A stretch of DNA of 18,658 bases from a virus (taxonomy: Duplodnaviria > Heunggongvirae > Uroviricota > Caudoviricetes): the IMG/VR virus record IMGVR_UViG_3300028453_000031, one strand, 5' to 3'. This document shows positions 1 to 7,899 of the stretch, in pieces (the stretch's first letter is position 1; every line of letters begins with the position of its first letter). Made by a program: the position numbers and the translations under genes. The notes beneath the pieces are model-generated. The model was not told where the DNA came from and made no database searches. It saw only the letters and a program-made list of their open reading frames with translations.

Positions 1-586
1 TTTCCACCCGGCGCGCAGAAAGCATACGCAGCAGACGTTCACGGCTGAGAATTTCGCCCGGATTGGTCACAAATGCCACCAACATTTCATACTCTGCGCG
101 GGTTAGTTTAATCGGTTCGCCATCAAAACCTTTCAGGCGCGAATACACCGTCACCACCACAAACGGCAGGCAGAAGGTGATATGCGAGAACAGCAGCGAC
201 CAGAAGCAAAGCTGAATACCCAGCAGCATAAACAGCACCAGAAGCGAAATCGCCATCACAATATCTGGCGACATCATCACCACAAACAGCATTCCGCTAA
301 CGAACGGCTTACCACGAAAGCGATAACGGTACAACGCAACTGCCGTCAGTGAACCGATAAGCGTAGCAAACGTCGCCGAAAACACCGCCATCGTCAGTGA
401 ATGCTGAGCTGCCTGCAACAGACTGTCGTTGTTCATCAGCAGGCTATACCATTTGGTGGTAAAACCCTGCCAGTTGATGCCAAAGCGCGAGCTGTTGAAA
501 GAGTTCACAATCAAAATAATGATTGGGATATACAGGTACGCGTAGATAGCGGTCATAAAACCGCCGCGAAGCAGTCGACCGATCAT
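1..586 (-). CDS. potC: Host ABC transporter permease, PotC-like N-terminal region; apparently disrupted and chimeric at its 3' side
   Basis: Minus-strand ATG at 584-586 translates to MIGRLLRGGFMTAIYAYLYIPIIILIVNSFNSS..., which matches my recollection of the PotC N-terminus. As displayed, the frame hits TGA at 347-349 while PotC-like sequence continues in another frame. The last ~40 codons (1-121) encode GEPIKLTRAEYEMLVAFVTNPGEILSRERLL, an OmpR-family winged-helix segment. Confidence 0.5.
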   Translation of the reverse strand, partial: MIGRLLRGGFMTAIYAYLYIPIIILIVNSFNSSRFGINWQGFTTKWYSLLMNNDSLLQAAQHSLTMAVFSATFATLIGSLTAVALYRYRFRGKPFVSGMLFVVMMSPDIVMAISLLVLFMLLGIQLCFWSLLFSHITFCLPFVVVTVYSRLKGFDGEPIKLTRAEYEMLVAFVTNPGEILSRERLLRMLSARRVE

Positions 587-752
587 TCGAGTTCCACCTT
601 CTTATTCATAAGGCGGGGTACTTTCAGGATTTTGAATTTATTCAATTTTTTCCTTTCTCCAAAATCTCTCCAAAACTTTTCCCCAAAACAAGGCCACGCA
701 TTTTACAACACTTTTTTCCTGCGATGGTGACGGATATTCCATATAGTGTTTG
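587..752. other. Probable attL arm: AT-rich intergenic region between host gene start and integrase 3' end
   Basis: A/T tracts between the PotC-like start and the int stop; int is oriented toward it. The core sequence cannot be fixed without the other prophage end. Confidence 0.4.
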
Positions 753-1871
753 TCAAATAACCAACTTAACCCATTCCTGACCTCGGGTATCGTTATAGCG
801 ATCGGTGGTTGCCTGGACTTTATGTCCTAGTAAGGTTTTTGTATCGATACCCTGTGCACGGTACAGCCGTTCAGATAGAGAGCGTTGTTCATGAAATGTG
901 GGCGGTGTTTTTCCTGCTGGTGGAATTATTCCAGCCAGATCCCGCGCTTTGGCAAAGTAGTCGCTCAGGTTGTCTTTACTCATCGGCTTTGGTTGTTTCT
1001 GGTGCCGACTATGGATTAGATATGGACTTAATATTCTGTCTCGGCATCCATCAATAACGTCTTTTAACGTTATCCCAATGGCATCACAGCGTAGTGTAAG
1101 CGGTAACGCCAGACGCATTCCGGTTTTTCCCTGGGTGATATGCAAGTGTTCGTTCCACACATCTGAAAAACGCATGTGGCAAATGTCATCACGGCGCTGA
1201 CCAGTGACAATCGCAAGAAGCATTGCGTTACGGATAAAGTGTTTTTCCGGTGTTGCGTTGTAAATTTTTTGCCAGTCTTCCAGGGCGAGCCTGGCTCTGG
1301 TTACTTTAGGGATCGGTTTACGGGTAGCCTCCGGAGGATTCCATCCAGGAGGAACTTCCCCTGCATGTTGTGCTTCTTTATAAATATCAACCCATAATCC
1401 GCGATTTACTCTCGCTGTGCTGACCATGTCTTTATCCAGCCATTCATCCAGTATTAATGCAAAGTCTCTTACTTCCAGGTCTTTCAATGGGTGATTTCCC
1501 AGGCGGGAAACTAGGTATGCAGCCATTCGCGCCTTTTCTTTGTGGGTTGTAGCTGCAATATCTCCATTTTTCAGTCGTGAGTCCTGTATTTTCAGATATC
1601 GATCAACCCATGCTTTTAATCTGATACCCCGACGTTTTGTTGCTGATGGACTTTCATCAATTTTGCGCATGAAATATTCTGCTTCTGCTGCAGCTATTCG
1701 TTGATTAGCCGTGGAAGCGATTTTTTCTGCCTTGCCTTTGTCTGTTCCGAGTCCGTGAAATTTACCAGTCACTGGATTTTTATACTGGTAGTAAACCTTG
1801 CCAGTTCTGCGATCAAACTTTTCGTAAAGACATGCTATGTCAGTGCTGTTTTTTCGTGGCCTCGGTGACAT
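753..1871 (-). CDS. int: Tyrosine site-specific integrase (lambda Int family)
   Basis: 372-aa ORF with C-terminal catalytic motifs HEQRSLSERLY and LLGHK...DRYND, and an R-containing box (TGQRRDDI). Its start overlaps the xis stop region. Confidence 0.95.
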   Translation of the reverse strand: MSPRPRKNSTDIACLYEKFDRRTGKVYYQYKNPVTGKFHGLGTDKGKAEKIASTANQRIAAAEAEYFMRKIDESPSATKRRGIRLKAWVDRYLKIQDSRLKNGDIAATTHKEKARMAAYLVSRLGNHPLKDLEVRDFALILDEWLDKDMVSTARVNRGLWVDIYKEAQHAGEVPPGWNPPEATRKPIPKVTRARLALEDWQKIYNATPEKHFIRNAMLLAIVTGQRRDDICHMRFSDVWNEHLHITQGKTGMRLALPLTLRCDAIGITLKDVIDGCRDRILSPYLIHSRHQKQPKPMSKDNLSDYFAKARDLAGIIPPAGKTPPTFHEQRSLSERLYRAQGIDTKTLLGHKVQATTDRYNDTRGQEWVKLVI

Positions 1872-2109
1872 GAGTTAAAATCTCCTTCAGTGCGTCATCA
1901 TCGTCAGTATGAATTTCCGGCGCAATTCCTGTTTCACCAGGACCCACAAATACTGCTCGGCGATCTATCAGCCAACGCCCACGGATTTTTTGTGGCCTTG
2001 GAACGATGTATCCCAGTTTTCCGTATTTCACCAGGGTAGAGTTTGTTATTGGGAGACTGAACCGTTTAGGCTTCCACTCGTCGAGCGTTATCAGGTACTG
2101 TTCGCTCAT
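1840..2109 (-). CDS. xis: Excisionase (Xis-like)
   Basis: MSEQYLITLDEWKPKRFSLPITNSTLVKYGKLGYIVPRPQKIRGRWLIDRRAV resembles lambda Xis (YLTLQEWNARQ...PPPVKDGREYLF). ATG at 2109 has a GGAG 8 nt upstream; the 3' end overlaps the int start. Confidence 0.8.
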   Translation of the reverse strand: MSEQYLITLDEWKPKRFSLPITNSTLVKYGKLGYIVPRPQKIRGRWLIDRRAVFVGPGETGIAPEIHTDDDDALKEILTHVTEATKKQH

Positions 2110-2170
2110 GGCCATCACTCCGGAATGCGCCAGTTGCAGAATAGCAACTACAACTGGCGACGGTTGAACA

Positions 2171-4627
2171 TTAAAAATCAGCCTGACTCGGGATCAGTTT
2201 TTGCCAGATGGCTGAAACGTATTTTGCCTGGTAACGCGCATCGTGCAGGGCGTTATGGCGTTCACCTTCGAATGGAATAGTCGTTCTTGCGTCGAAATCC
2301 ATCACCAGTCCCAGAGCAACCATCGTTCTTACATCGCGATCATTGGTATAACGCCACGGGCAGGGGATCCCCTGCCGTTCATATGAACGGCGTAAAATCA
2401 CGTTGTCGAAAGTTGCACCGTTACCCCAGACCTGAACAAAAAATTCACCGGAGTTTTCGTCGATAAATTCCCGCAATTGTAACAGTGCATCATCTAACGG
2501 GATTTCATCGGTCATAATGGCAGATTGCGCTTCGCGTGATTGCTTAAGCCACCATTTAATGGTGTCCCGATCAATGACTCCGCCAGCAGTTTCCAGATCG
2601 ACAGTCTTACTAAATTCCGGTCCCATATCTCCGGTTTGCGGATCGAAAAATATTGCACCTATTGAGATAATCGGGGCATCAGGATTTTTTCCCATGGTTT
2701 CAAGGTCGATCATTAGATGGTCACACGTCCTGCTGGTGGATGTGATAACGTGATGACCGTTCACCGTAATTAAGGGATCTGCCGTCTCGTCAGTTTCACT
2801 ATCGCTGGCGTGGTCCTGAGCGCTGCCAGCATTCTCCTTGCGTGGATGTTCAGCGCCTTCCATTTTCTCCGAATCGTCTTCCTGAACTTCAACCTGGTTC
2901 TTGTCATCGAATGTTTCCTGGTATGTTGCGTCGCCCATCACCGCACCACAATCAGGGCAGTTGCCGCCACCGCTCTGACCGCAGGCGGTGCAGATCTTTT
3001 CCGGTTCTTGTTGCACTACTGGTTCAGGTTGTTTCGTTTCTGGCTCGTTTTGTTGCGTATTTGGGCTGTTTTGTTCCGCTTTCTGGTCGTTCTGTTCCGT
3101 TTCTTGCTGGTTCTGGTTCACAGAATCGCGGGTTTCAATCCCCTTCACCCATTTAGGATCATTCGGATCGCTAATCCCTTCAACAAATTCACCACGCGAT
3201 ACAGCAAGCAACTTATCGGCATCAGGCTGGCTGATACTGGCTGCCTGCATAGTTTTGTTTACTTCGTCAGCGGTGACTTTTAATTGGTTAGCGGAACTCA
3301 CCTGCGACTGAGCATCCAGCGACTGCGCGTCCTGGCAATGTTCAGTTGTATCCGGTTCCATTCTTTCAGTTGTTGCCTGTTCACCTGCCATTGCGTCAGA
3401 TGGTTGTGGTTTTTCTTTTTCTGTTTCACGCTCAGTAACCACCTCGCGGTTAATTTCTTCCAGGATATCTTTTTCCGGCGTATGCCGGGCAGCTGTGAGA
3501 GTTTCCTTGCTGGGGTTCTCGTGATCAGTTTCCGTCAAATAGGCGTTGATATACCCCTGAAGGCGTCCCGGGTAGTGATAAAATTCAGGGTGTGCGCTTC
3601 GGATAAGTGCAAAAATAGCGGCGCGGGAATAGTCCAGAATACCCGGGGTTGCACGAAGTTCTGCGGACCATTCTTTGAACGGACTTTCTTTTTTCAGGAC
3701 GACTTCTTTTGCGCGACGATAAATGCTGCCCGGAATTTCATAAATATTAAAATCCATCGGAAGTGTGGCTGCTGCAATCTCCACATCCAGTGTGTCGAGG
3801 GTGTGTACTAAATTCGGATTGCGATCGGTTTTGTTCCCTCCACCGGCATTAGCACCGGAAGTCGTGCGGGTGATGCGTGAAACACGATTTCCTTTCATCC
3901 ACTCTTTTGTCAGCAGACCGCGATCGGTGTAGTCAGCGCCCAGGTATGCTTCGAAAAAAGCAGTCATCAGCCCCAGGTCTGAATTACCAGGATTAGGGAA
4001 AACCTTGTCAGTGTCACGAACCAGTTTGTGGAGATCGCGAATTTCCAGCGGTTCGAGTTGCGCAGCTTTATTTGAGATGGCCAGCGCGGTAACGGCGGGA
4101 AGTTTTTCATCCTGTGCGTTATGTAATGCACGCAGTTCGCCCCGCGAAACGTGTGTGATCGGTTTTTCGCTGCCGTGCTGTGCCAGCCATTGAACAGGCA
4201 GAATCTGACCTGAAACCGGCAGGAGCATATTCTCCTCAATCTCAGTCATGTCTTCGCTGTTGACGTTGGTATTGTCAGTGCTGGCTGGTTTGTCCTGAAC
4301 AGAGGATGAGGGCGCGATAGGTGAGGGCGCGATAAGTACCATTGTGATACCATCTTCCCCGCCTTTTTCGTATCGGTTGCAGAATTCGGTATCAAACACG
4401 CCTTCCGGAGGAAGGTCATTCACAACGGGTAAATGGACGCGAACAGGTTTTTTAAAATCCTCTTCGTCAAATCCAGCATCGTCCATTGCGACAACACCGC
4501 GTGATATTGCAACCGATAATTTTTTTGCTGTGCGCCAGTAAAAACCGCCTTTAATCCCAAGACGTTTTCTGACTTTGTCATTTTTGGCTTCGTAATATAG
4601 TGCAATTTCTTCTTTATCAGCGCTCAT
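2171..4627 (-). CDS. Large early protein with C-terminal DnaQ-like (DEDDh) 3'-5' exonuclease domain
   Basis: 818-aa ORF. C-terminal motifs: Exo I MIDLETMG, Exo II WGNGATFDNVIL, Exo III HNALHDARY. Central acidic/Gln-rich low-complexity region with CTACG...CPDCG zinc-ribbon-like pairs. GAGG 8 nt upstream of ATG. Confidence 0.8.
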   Translation of the reverse strand: MSADKEEIALYYEAKNDKVRKRLGIKGGFYWRTAKKLSVAISRGVVAMDDAGFDEEDFKKPVRVHLPVVNDLPPEGVFDTEFCNRYEKGGEDGITMVLIAPSPIAPSSSVQDKPASTDNTNVNSEDMTEIEENMLLPVSGQILPVQWLAQHGSEKPITHVSRGELRALHNAQDEKLPAVTALAISNKAAQLEPLEIRDLHKLVRDTDKVFPNPGNSDLGLMTAFFEAYLGADYTDRGLLTKEWMKGNRVSRITRTTSGANAGGGNKTDRNPNLVHTLDTLDVEIAAATLPMDFNIYEIPGSIYRRAKEVVLKKESPFKEWSAELRATPGILDYSRAAIFALIRSAHPEFYHYPGRLQGYINAYLTETDHENPSKETLTAARHTPEKDILEEINREVVTERETEKEKPQPSDAMAGEQATTERMEPDTTEHCQDAQSLDAQSQVSSANQLKVTADEVNKTMQAASISQPDADKLLAVSRGEFVEGISDPNDPKWVKGIETRDSVNQNQQETEQNDQKAEQNSPNTQQNEPETKQPEPVVQQEPEKICTACGQSGGGNCPDCGAVMGDATYQETFDDKNQVEVQEDDSEKMEGAEHPRKENAGSAQDHASDSETDETADPLITVNGHHVITSTSRTCDHLMIDLETMGKNPDAPIISIGAIFFDPQTGDMGPEFSKTVDLETAGGVIDRDTIKWWLKQSREAQSAIMTDEIPLDDALLQLREFIDENSGEFFVQVWGNGATFDNVILRRSYERQGIPCPWRYTNDRDVRTMVALGLVMDFDARTTIPFEGERHNALHDARYQAKYVSAIWQKLIPSQADF

Positions 4628-4717
4628 TGATAAACCTCATAACCATTTTTAGGGTGAACAAGTCCCTGCCATTGCTGGCATATAAAAATGAAACCGGATA
4701 TTTATTACGGTGCTGGT

Positions 4718-4909
4718 TTAAAGCCCTGCCGGGACTTCGTTATTATCCATGCGAATAACTTTATCTACCGGATAACAGTTACCGGGAATTTTCTGTTCAT
4801 CTGCGGCAGCCATGCATTCTTCCATTGAGTCACGTATATCAACAATAAGATCAAGTGGTTCGCCGGTATTAAGAAAAACTGTCAGAACGAGTGCGAATGC
4901 TGTATTCAT
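4718..4909 (-). CDS. Small hypothetical early protein (63 aa) with hydrophobic N-terminus
   Basis: MNTAFALVLTVFLNTGEPLDL...; start is coupled by an ATGA overlap to the stop of the upstream small gene. The ORF track's longer version (4718..4963) uses an upstream start I consider less likely. Confidence 0.5.
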   Translation of the reverse strand: MNTAFALVLTVFLNTGEPLDLIVDIRDSMEECMAAADEQKIPGNCYPVDKVIRMDNNEVPAGL

Positions 4910-5094
4910 TGCCAGTATCCTTTTTGCATCAGACGTAAACGGGCCAGCATTGAAACAATGCATATTTGATTTAATAACTCCCGTTCGTGTTTTCTCTTAT
5001 TAATGGCATCTTCAGTAAATGCAGGGTTACTGATACTGACACCAATTTCAAAACAACCTTCAGACGTATTAACGTTTGGTAATAACGTTTCCAT
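4906..5094 (-). CDS. Small hypothetical early protein (62 aa)
   Basis: ORF METLLPNVNTSEGCFEIG... with a GAGGA Shine-Dalgarno ~7 nt upstream of the ATG. Confidence 0.55.
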   Translation of the reverse strand: METLLPNVNTSEGCFEIGVSISNPAFTEDAINKRKHERELLNQICIVSMLARLRLMQKGYWQ

Positions 5095-5270
5095 TATCGC
5101 GTCCTCAACAATGAATTTTGTGATGCGGTGCCTGGTGCCTCCAGATGACGTTAACCAGTTAACAATTAACGCCGGATTGTTAGTTGATGTCTGTTACGGA
5201 AGTAAAAGACCGCTTGTTTTAACTGTTCCGCGTGCGCATAGCCGCATTCACCGCATCACAAAATTCACTT

Positions 5271-5297
5271 TAAAAAGGGCGGATATCCATTTCCGCC
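5271..5297 (-). terminator. Rho-independent terminator candidate for leftward early transcription (tL-like)
   Basis: Inverted repeat GGCGGA / TCCGCC (5278-5283 and 5292-5297) with an 8-nt loop; on the minus strand it is followed by a U-run (plus-strand A-run 5272-5276). Confidence 0.5.
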
Positions 5298-5617
5298 GAA
5301 TCACCAGAAAAGTGATAACAGAGGTTGTTGTGGCTGGGGTGTCACTTAAGCGTATGGTCAACCTGACAACCCGGTGTCCTCAATGGGGGAAGGAATAACC
5401 CCGCCATACTTACCGCCGCGCCATTTCGCGGATTGCCACAACCGGAAGCGCACGGTCGAATTAAATTTAACGACAAAGTACAGAGAGACGAACTTCGCCG
5501 AGCGCTTTCGTGTTGTGTGCCTGCTTTTAACCACGTCAGGTGAGGTGGACCTGTTATTCCCCAACAACAAGGATCTTGTTAATCTGGATATCCACAACAA
5601 CAATAAGAGTATTGAAT

Positions 5618-5797
5618 GTGATCGCTGAATTAACGGCAGCAATGACGGCTATTCGTGAAACCGCTCAGATTGCAAAACTAATGAACGAGGCAAAAACTCA
5701 AGCTGAAGTAAATGCGGCTATTGGTGAACTGAACTCAAAGCTTGCATCTATTCAGCGCGAATGCGTGTCTCTCGTTGAGCTGGTGGGCACTTATTAA
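5618..5797 (+). CDS. Small coiled-coil-like ORF on the plus strand, ending at an in-frame TAA
   Basis: Frame encodes ...VIAELTAAMTAIRETAQIAKLMNEAKTQAEVNAAIGELNSKLASIQRECVSLVELVGTY*. Start is uncertain (GTG 5618 with weak AAGAG, or ATG 5645). The same frame stays open after the stop through 6133. Confidence 0.35.
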   Translation: MIAELTAAMTAIRETAQIAKLMNEAKTQAEVNAAIGELNSKLASIQRECVSLVELVGTY

Positions 5798-5917
5798 GAA
5801 ATAAATGCTTCTCTCAAAGCTAAAATTGCAGAATTTGAAAACTTTGAGGCTCAGACGGAAGGTTATATCCTTAACCAACTTGAGTCGGGAACTTTTGTGT
5901 ACTCGAAGGAGGTAACC

Positions 5918-6133
5918 GTGAACGGCGGCAGCATAATCATGCATCTTTGTCCAAAATGTTTTGGACAAAATATAGTATCGATACTTCAACCATTCCCGGT
6001 TAGAGAATATGAGTTTTTTCATAAAAGCAGGTGCCTATACTGTGAAAATCAGTTTATTATGAATAAAAATCCGGATTATGTATCGCCTCCATCTATTGAG
6101 AAGTTGGCCAGAAAACTGAACGGCAATCTGTAG
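5918..6133 (+). CDS. Small zinc-ribbon protein (CxxC...CxxC) on the plus strand
   Basis: Strong Shine-Dalgarno AAGGAGG at 5906-5912, 5 nt before GTG 5918. Product VNGGSIIMHLCPKCFGQN...RCLYCENQF... has two CxxC pairs. Confidence 0.5.
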   Translation: MNGGSIIMHLCPKCFGQNIVSILQPFPVREYEFFHKSRCLYCENQFIMNKNPDYVSPPSIEKLARKLNGNL

Positions 6134-6246
6134 ATTGTTACTGTTATGGATATCCAGATTGTTAAAGAGCATGCCGGATGCTTGCTTGTGTCCGGCGCGT
6201 GTGCACCAGTTCTCCCCGTGGAGGATTCCTTAACTACCAGACTTCA

Positions 6247-6480
6247 TTAGTTAGAGTTTCTTGCTAACCAGCGATGCGCGCCAGCTGCGGTTTTAAACGT
6301 TTTACTTTTGGTATACGTCATCGCGGTGAAGGTGCCGTCCTGGTTAGGGAACACACCGCATACCAGAGATTCGTTGTTACCAAGATTGAGCGTATCCATG
6401 TTGACCTCATTTCCCCTTAACGCCGGGGGAGCGGAACAAAAACCTGCTGCATAGTTATTAATGTTGAACCCTGCCGTCAT
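6247..6480 (-). CDS. Hypothetical protein, first gene of the leftward (pL-like) operon
   Basis: 77-aa ORF with GAGG ~9 nt upstream of the ATG, immediately downstream of the left operator pair. Not Arg-rich, so not obviously N-like. Confidence 0.5.
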   Translation of the reverse strand: MTAGFNINNYAAGFCSAPPALRGNEVNMDTLNLGNNESLVCGVFPNQDGTFTAMTYTKSKTFKTAAGAHRWLARNSN

Positions 6481-6585
6481 GTTCTTACGCCTCAGGCTGG
6501 CTACTTAACCCCTGACCACTGCCGGGTAACTCGAAGTATTGCCCTGCGTTCTGTGGGGCGGGGTGGGTTGGTATGAAAAGAAGGA

Positions 6586-6621
6586 TACCCATAGGTATTT
6601 AAAAAGTAAATACCCATGGGT
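6586..6621. promoter_or_regulatory. Left operator pair (OL-like): two copies of ATACCCAYRGGT
   Basis: ATACCCATAGGTAT at 6586-6599 and ATACCCATGGGTA at 6609-6621 (TACCCATGGGTA is a perfect palindrome). The same motif recurs on the other side of the repressor gene. Confidence 0.5.
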
Positions 6622-6666
6622 AACTTTTTTTACGGTGTCTTAACTGGTGACTGGTTGTTTGGTGAG

Positions 6667-7086
6667 CTATGATGCGTTTTGCGCTTTCTTTTTACGGATT
6701 TCTTCGTAGATCATATTGTAATACTGTTTTTTCTCTTCAAGAGTTTTTAATAAGTTATCCGCTTCACTTTCTGGCAGTTCGTCTAAGAGATCTAAAAAAA
6801 TACGTTGTCGTGGCGTTAGAACCCTTGTTTCATAACTGGAGGCTGTGTTCGTTGATGATGAAACGATACCATCCATCCATCCCCGGGGTAACCCAAAGGA
6901 CTCTTCGATAATCTCCACCATATCATCAGCGATCCGTTTTTTTCCCTTTTTCCCCTCTGGGTACAACATTCTTGATACATAAGAAGGCTCGCGCCCGATC
7001 TTTCTGGCCACGTTAACCGCTTTACCATCGCATTTCTCATCACGAATTTTGATGAGTTGCTGTCGTCTAAATTCATATTTGTCCAT
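6667..7086 (-). CDS. Prophage repressor, RacR-like, HTH, without a LexA-type peptidase domain
   Basis: 139-aa ORF divergent from the cro-like gene, with an HTH-like segment AVNVARKIGREPSYVSRMLY and no S24 peptidase motifs. No obvious Shine-Dalgarno, so possibly leaderless like lambda cI. Confidence 0.8.
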   Translation of the reverse strand: MDKYEFRRQQLIKIRDEKCDGKAVNVARKIGREPSYVSRMLYPEGKKGKKRIADDMVEIIEESFGLPRGWMDGIVSSSTNTASSYETRVLTPRQRIFLDLLDELPESEADNLLKTLEEKKQYYNMIYEEIRKKKAQNAS

Positions 7087-7122
7087 AGGTAAATAATAGA
7101 TGCGATTACTGCAAGGTAAACA

Positions 7123-7158
7123 ACCTGTGGGTATTGACTTTTGTTTACCTGCGGGTAT
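7123..7158. promoter_or_regulatory. Right operator pair (OR-like) in the divergent promoter region
   Basis: ACCTGTGGGTAT at 7123-7134 and ACCTGCGGGTAT at 7147-7158 are reverse complements of the ATACCCAYRGGT motif seen at 6586-6621, within direct repeats TTGTTTACCTG. Confidence 0.55.
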
Positions 7159-7186
7159 TCTTTGCTGTGTTTACTAAGGAGTAGCT

Positions 7187-7468
7187 ATGGAAGAATTAAG
7201 AATATTTCTCAATTCTCTTTCGTCAGATGAACAGCGTATGTTTGCATGCGAGTGCGGTACCAGCATCGGTTATCTAAGAAAGGCATTGAGTAAAGGTCAA
7301 GTGTTAGGGGCATCGTTATGTGTCCTTATTGAGCGAGCCAGTAATGGTGAAGTTACACGTCAGCAACTAAGGCCTTTTGATTGGATGAATATTTGGCCCG
7401 AGCTGGAAGATACCAAAACGTTAACACAACCACTTTCTAGGAGCTTGATTCATGAAAATCAAGCATGA
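7187..7468 (+). CDS. Cro/CI-type HTH regulator, YdaS-like
   Basis: 93-aa ORF with AAGGAG Shine-Dalgarno, divergent from the repressor. HTH-like CGTSIGYLRKALSKGQ. Position and size match Rac ydaS. Confidence 0.75.
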   Translation: MEELRIFLNSLSSDEQRMFACECGTSIGYLRKALSKGQVLGASLCVLIERASNGEVTRQQLRPFDWMNIWPELEDTKTLTQPLSRSLIHENQA

Positions 7469-7877
7469 ACACATCTGTATGGCGATGAATGCCTGGGCGC
7501 GTCCTGATGGCGAAAAAGTTCCAGTAGCTGCAATAACCCAGGCTTATTTTGAGTTGGGTATGACGTTTCCTGAACTGTATGACGACAGCCATCCGGAAGC
7601 CCTGGCTCGCAATACCCAGAAAATTTTCCGCTGGGTAGAGAAGGACACCCCTGATGCTGTTGAAAAAATTCAGGCGTTGTTACCGGCGATCGAAAAGGCG
7701 ATGCCGCCTTTGCTGGTGGCCCGTATGCGCAGTCACAGCTCTGAATATTACCGTGAGATCGTCGAACGGAGGGATCGACTGGTGAAGGATGTCGATGATT
7801 TTGTTGCGTCAGCGGTTGTTTTGTATGACCAGATGAATCGCGGCGGCCCGGCAGGGAATGCTGTGGTGATGCACTAA
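7452..7877 (+). CDS. YdaT-like protein
   Basis: 141-aa ORF overlapping the YdaS-like 3' end, AGGAGC before the ATG. Order and size match Rac ydaS-ydaT. Confidence 0.7.
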   Translation: MKIKHEHICMAMNAWARPDGEKVPVAAITQAYFELGMTFPELYDDSHPEALARNTQKIFRWVEKDTPDAVEKIQALLPAIEKAMPPLLVARMRSHSSEYYREIVERRDRLVKDVDDFVASAVVLYDQMNRGGPAGNAVVMH

Positions 7878-7899
7878 AAGCACGGTGTTCGGGGGTTTT

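Noticed and set aside
401-730. Plus-strand 109-aa ORF from the track
   Set aside because: Lies antisense to the PotC-like coding region and runs into the AT-rich att arm; no RBS; composition looks like a mirror-frame artefact.
809-1397. Three plus-strand ORFs (809..1057, 970..1200, 1176..1397)
   Set aside because: All are embedded antisense within the well-supported integrase gene.
2517-4541. Multiple plus-strand ORFs (for example 2810..3283, 3284..3811) and minus 3967..4239
   Set aside because: Embedded in or antisense to the 818-aa exonuclease gene; Cys/Phe/Leu-rich junk-like translations from the low-complexity region.
5003-5642. ORFs 5003..5398 (+), 5358..5642 (-), 5374..5628 (+)
   Set aside because: No RBS and implausible composition; the region reads better as noncoding with a terminator hairpin. 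The 5540 GTG start gives an implausible N-terminus (MRWTCYSPTTRILLIW).
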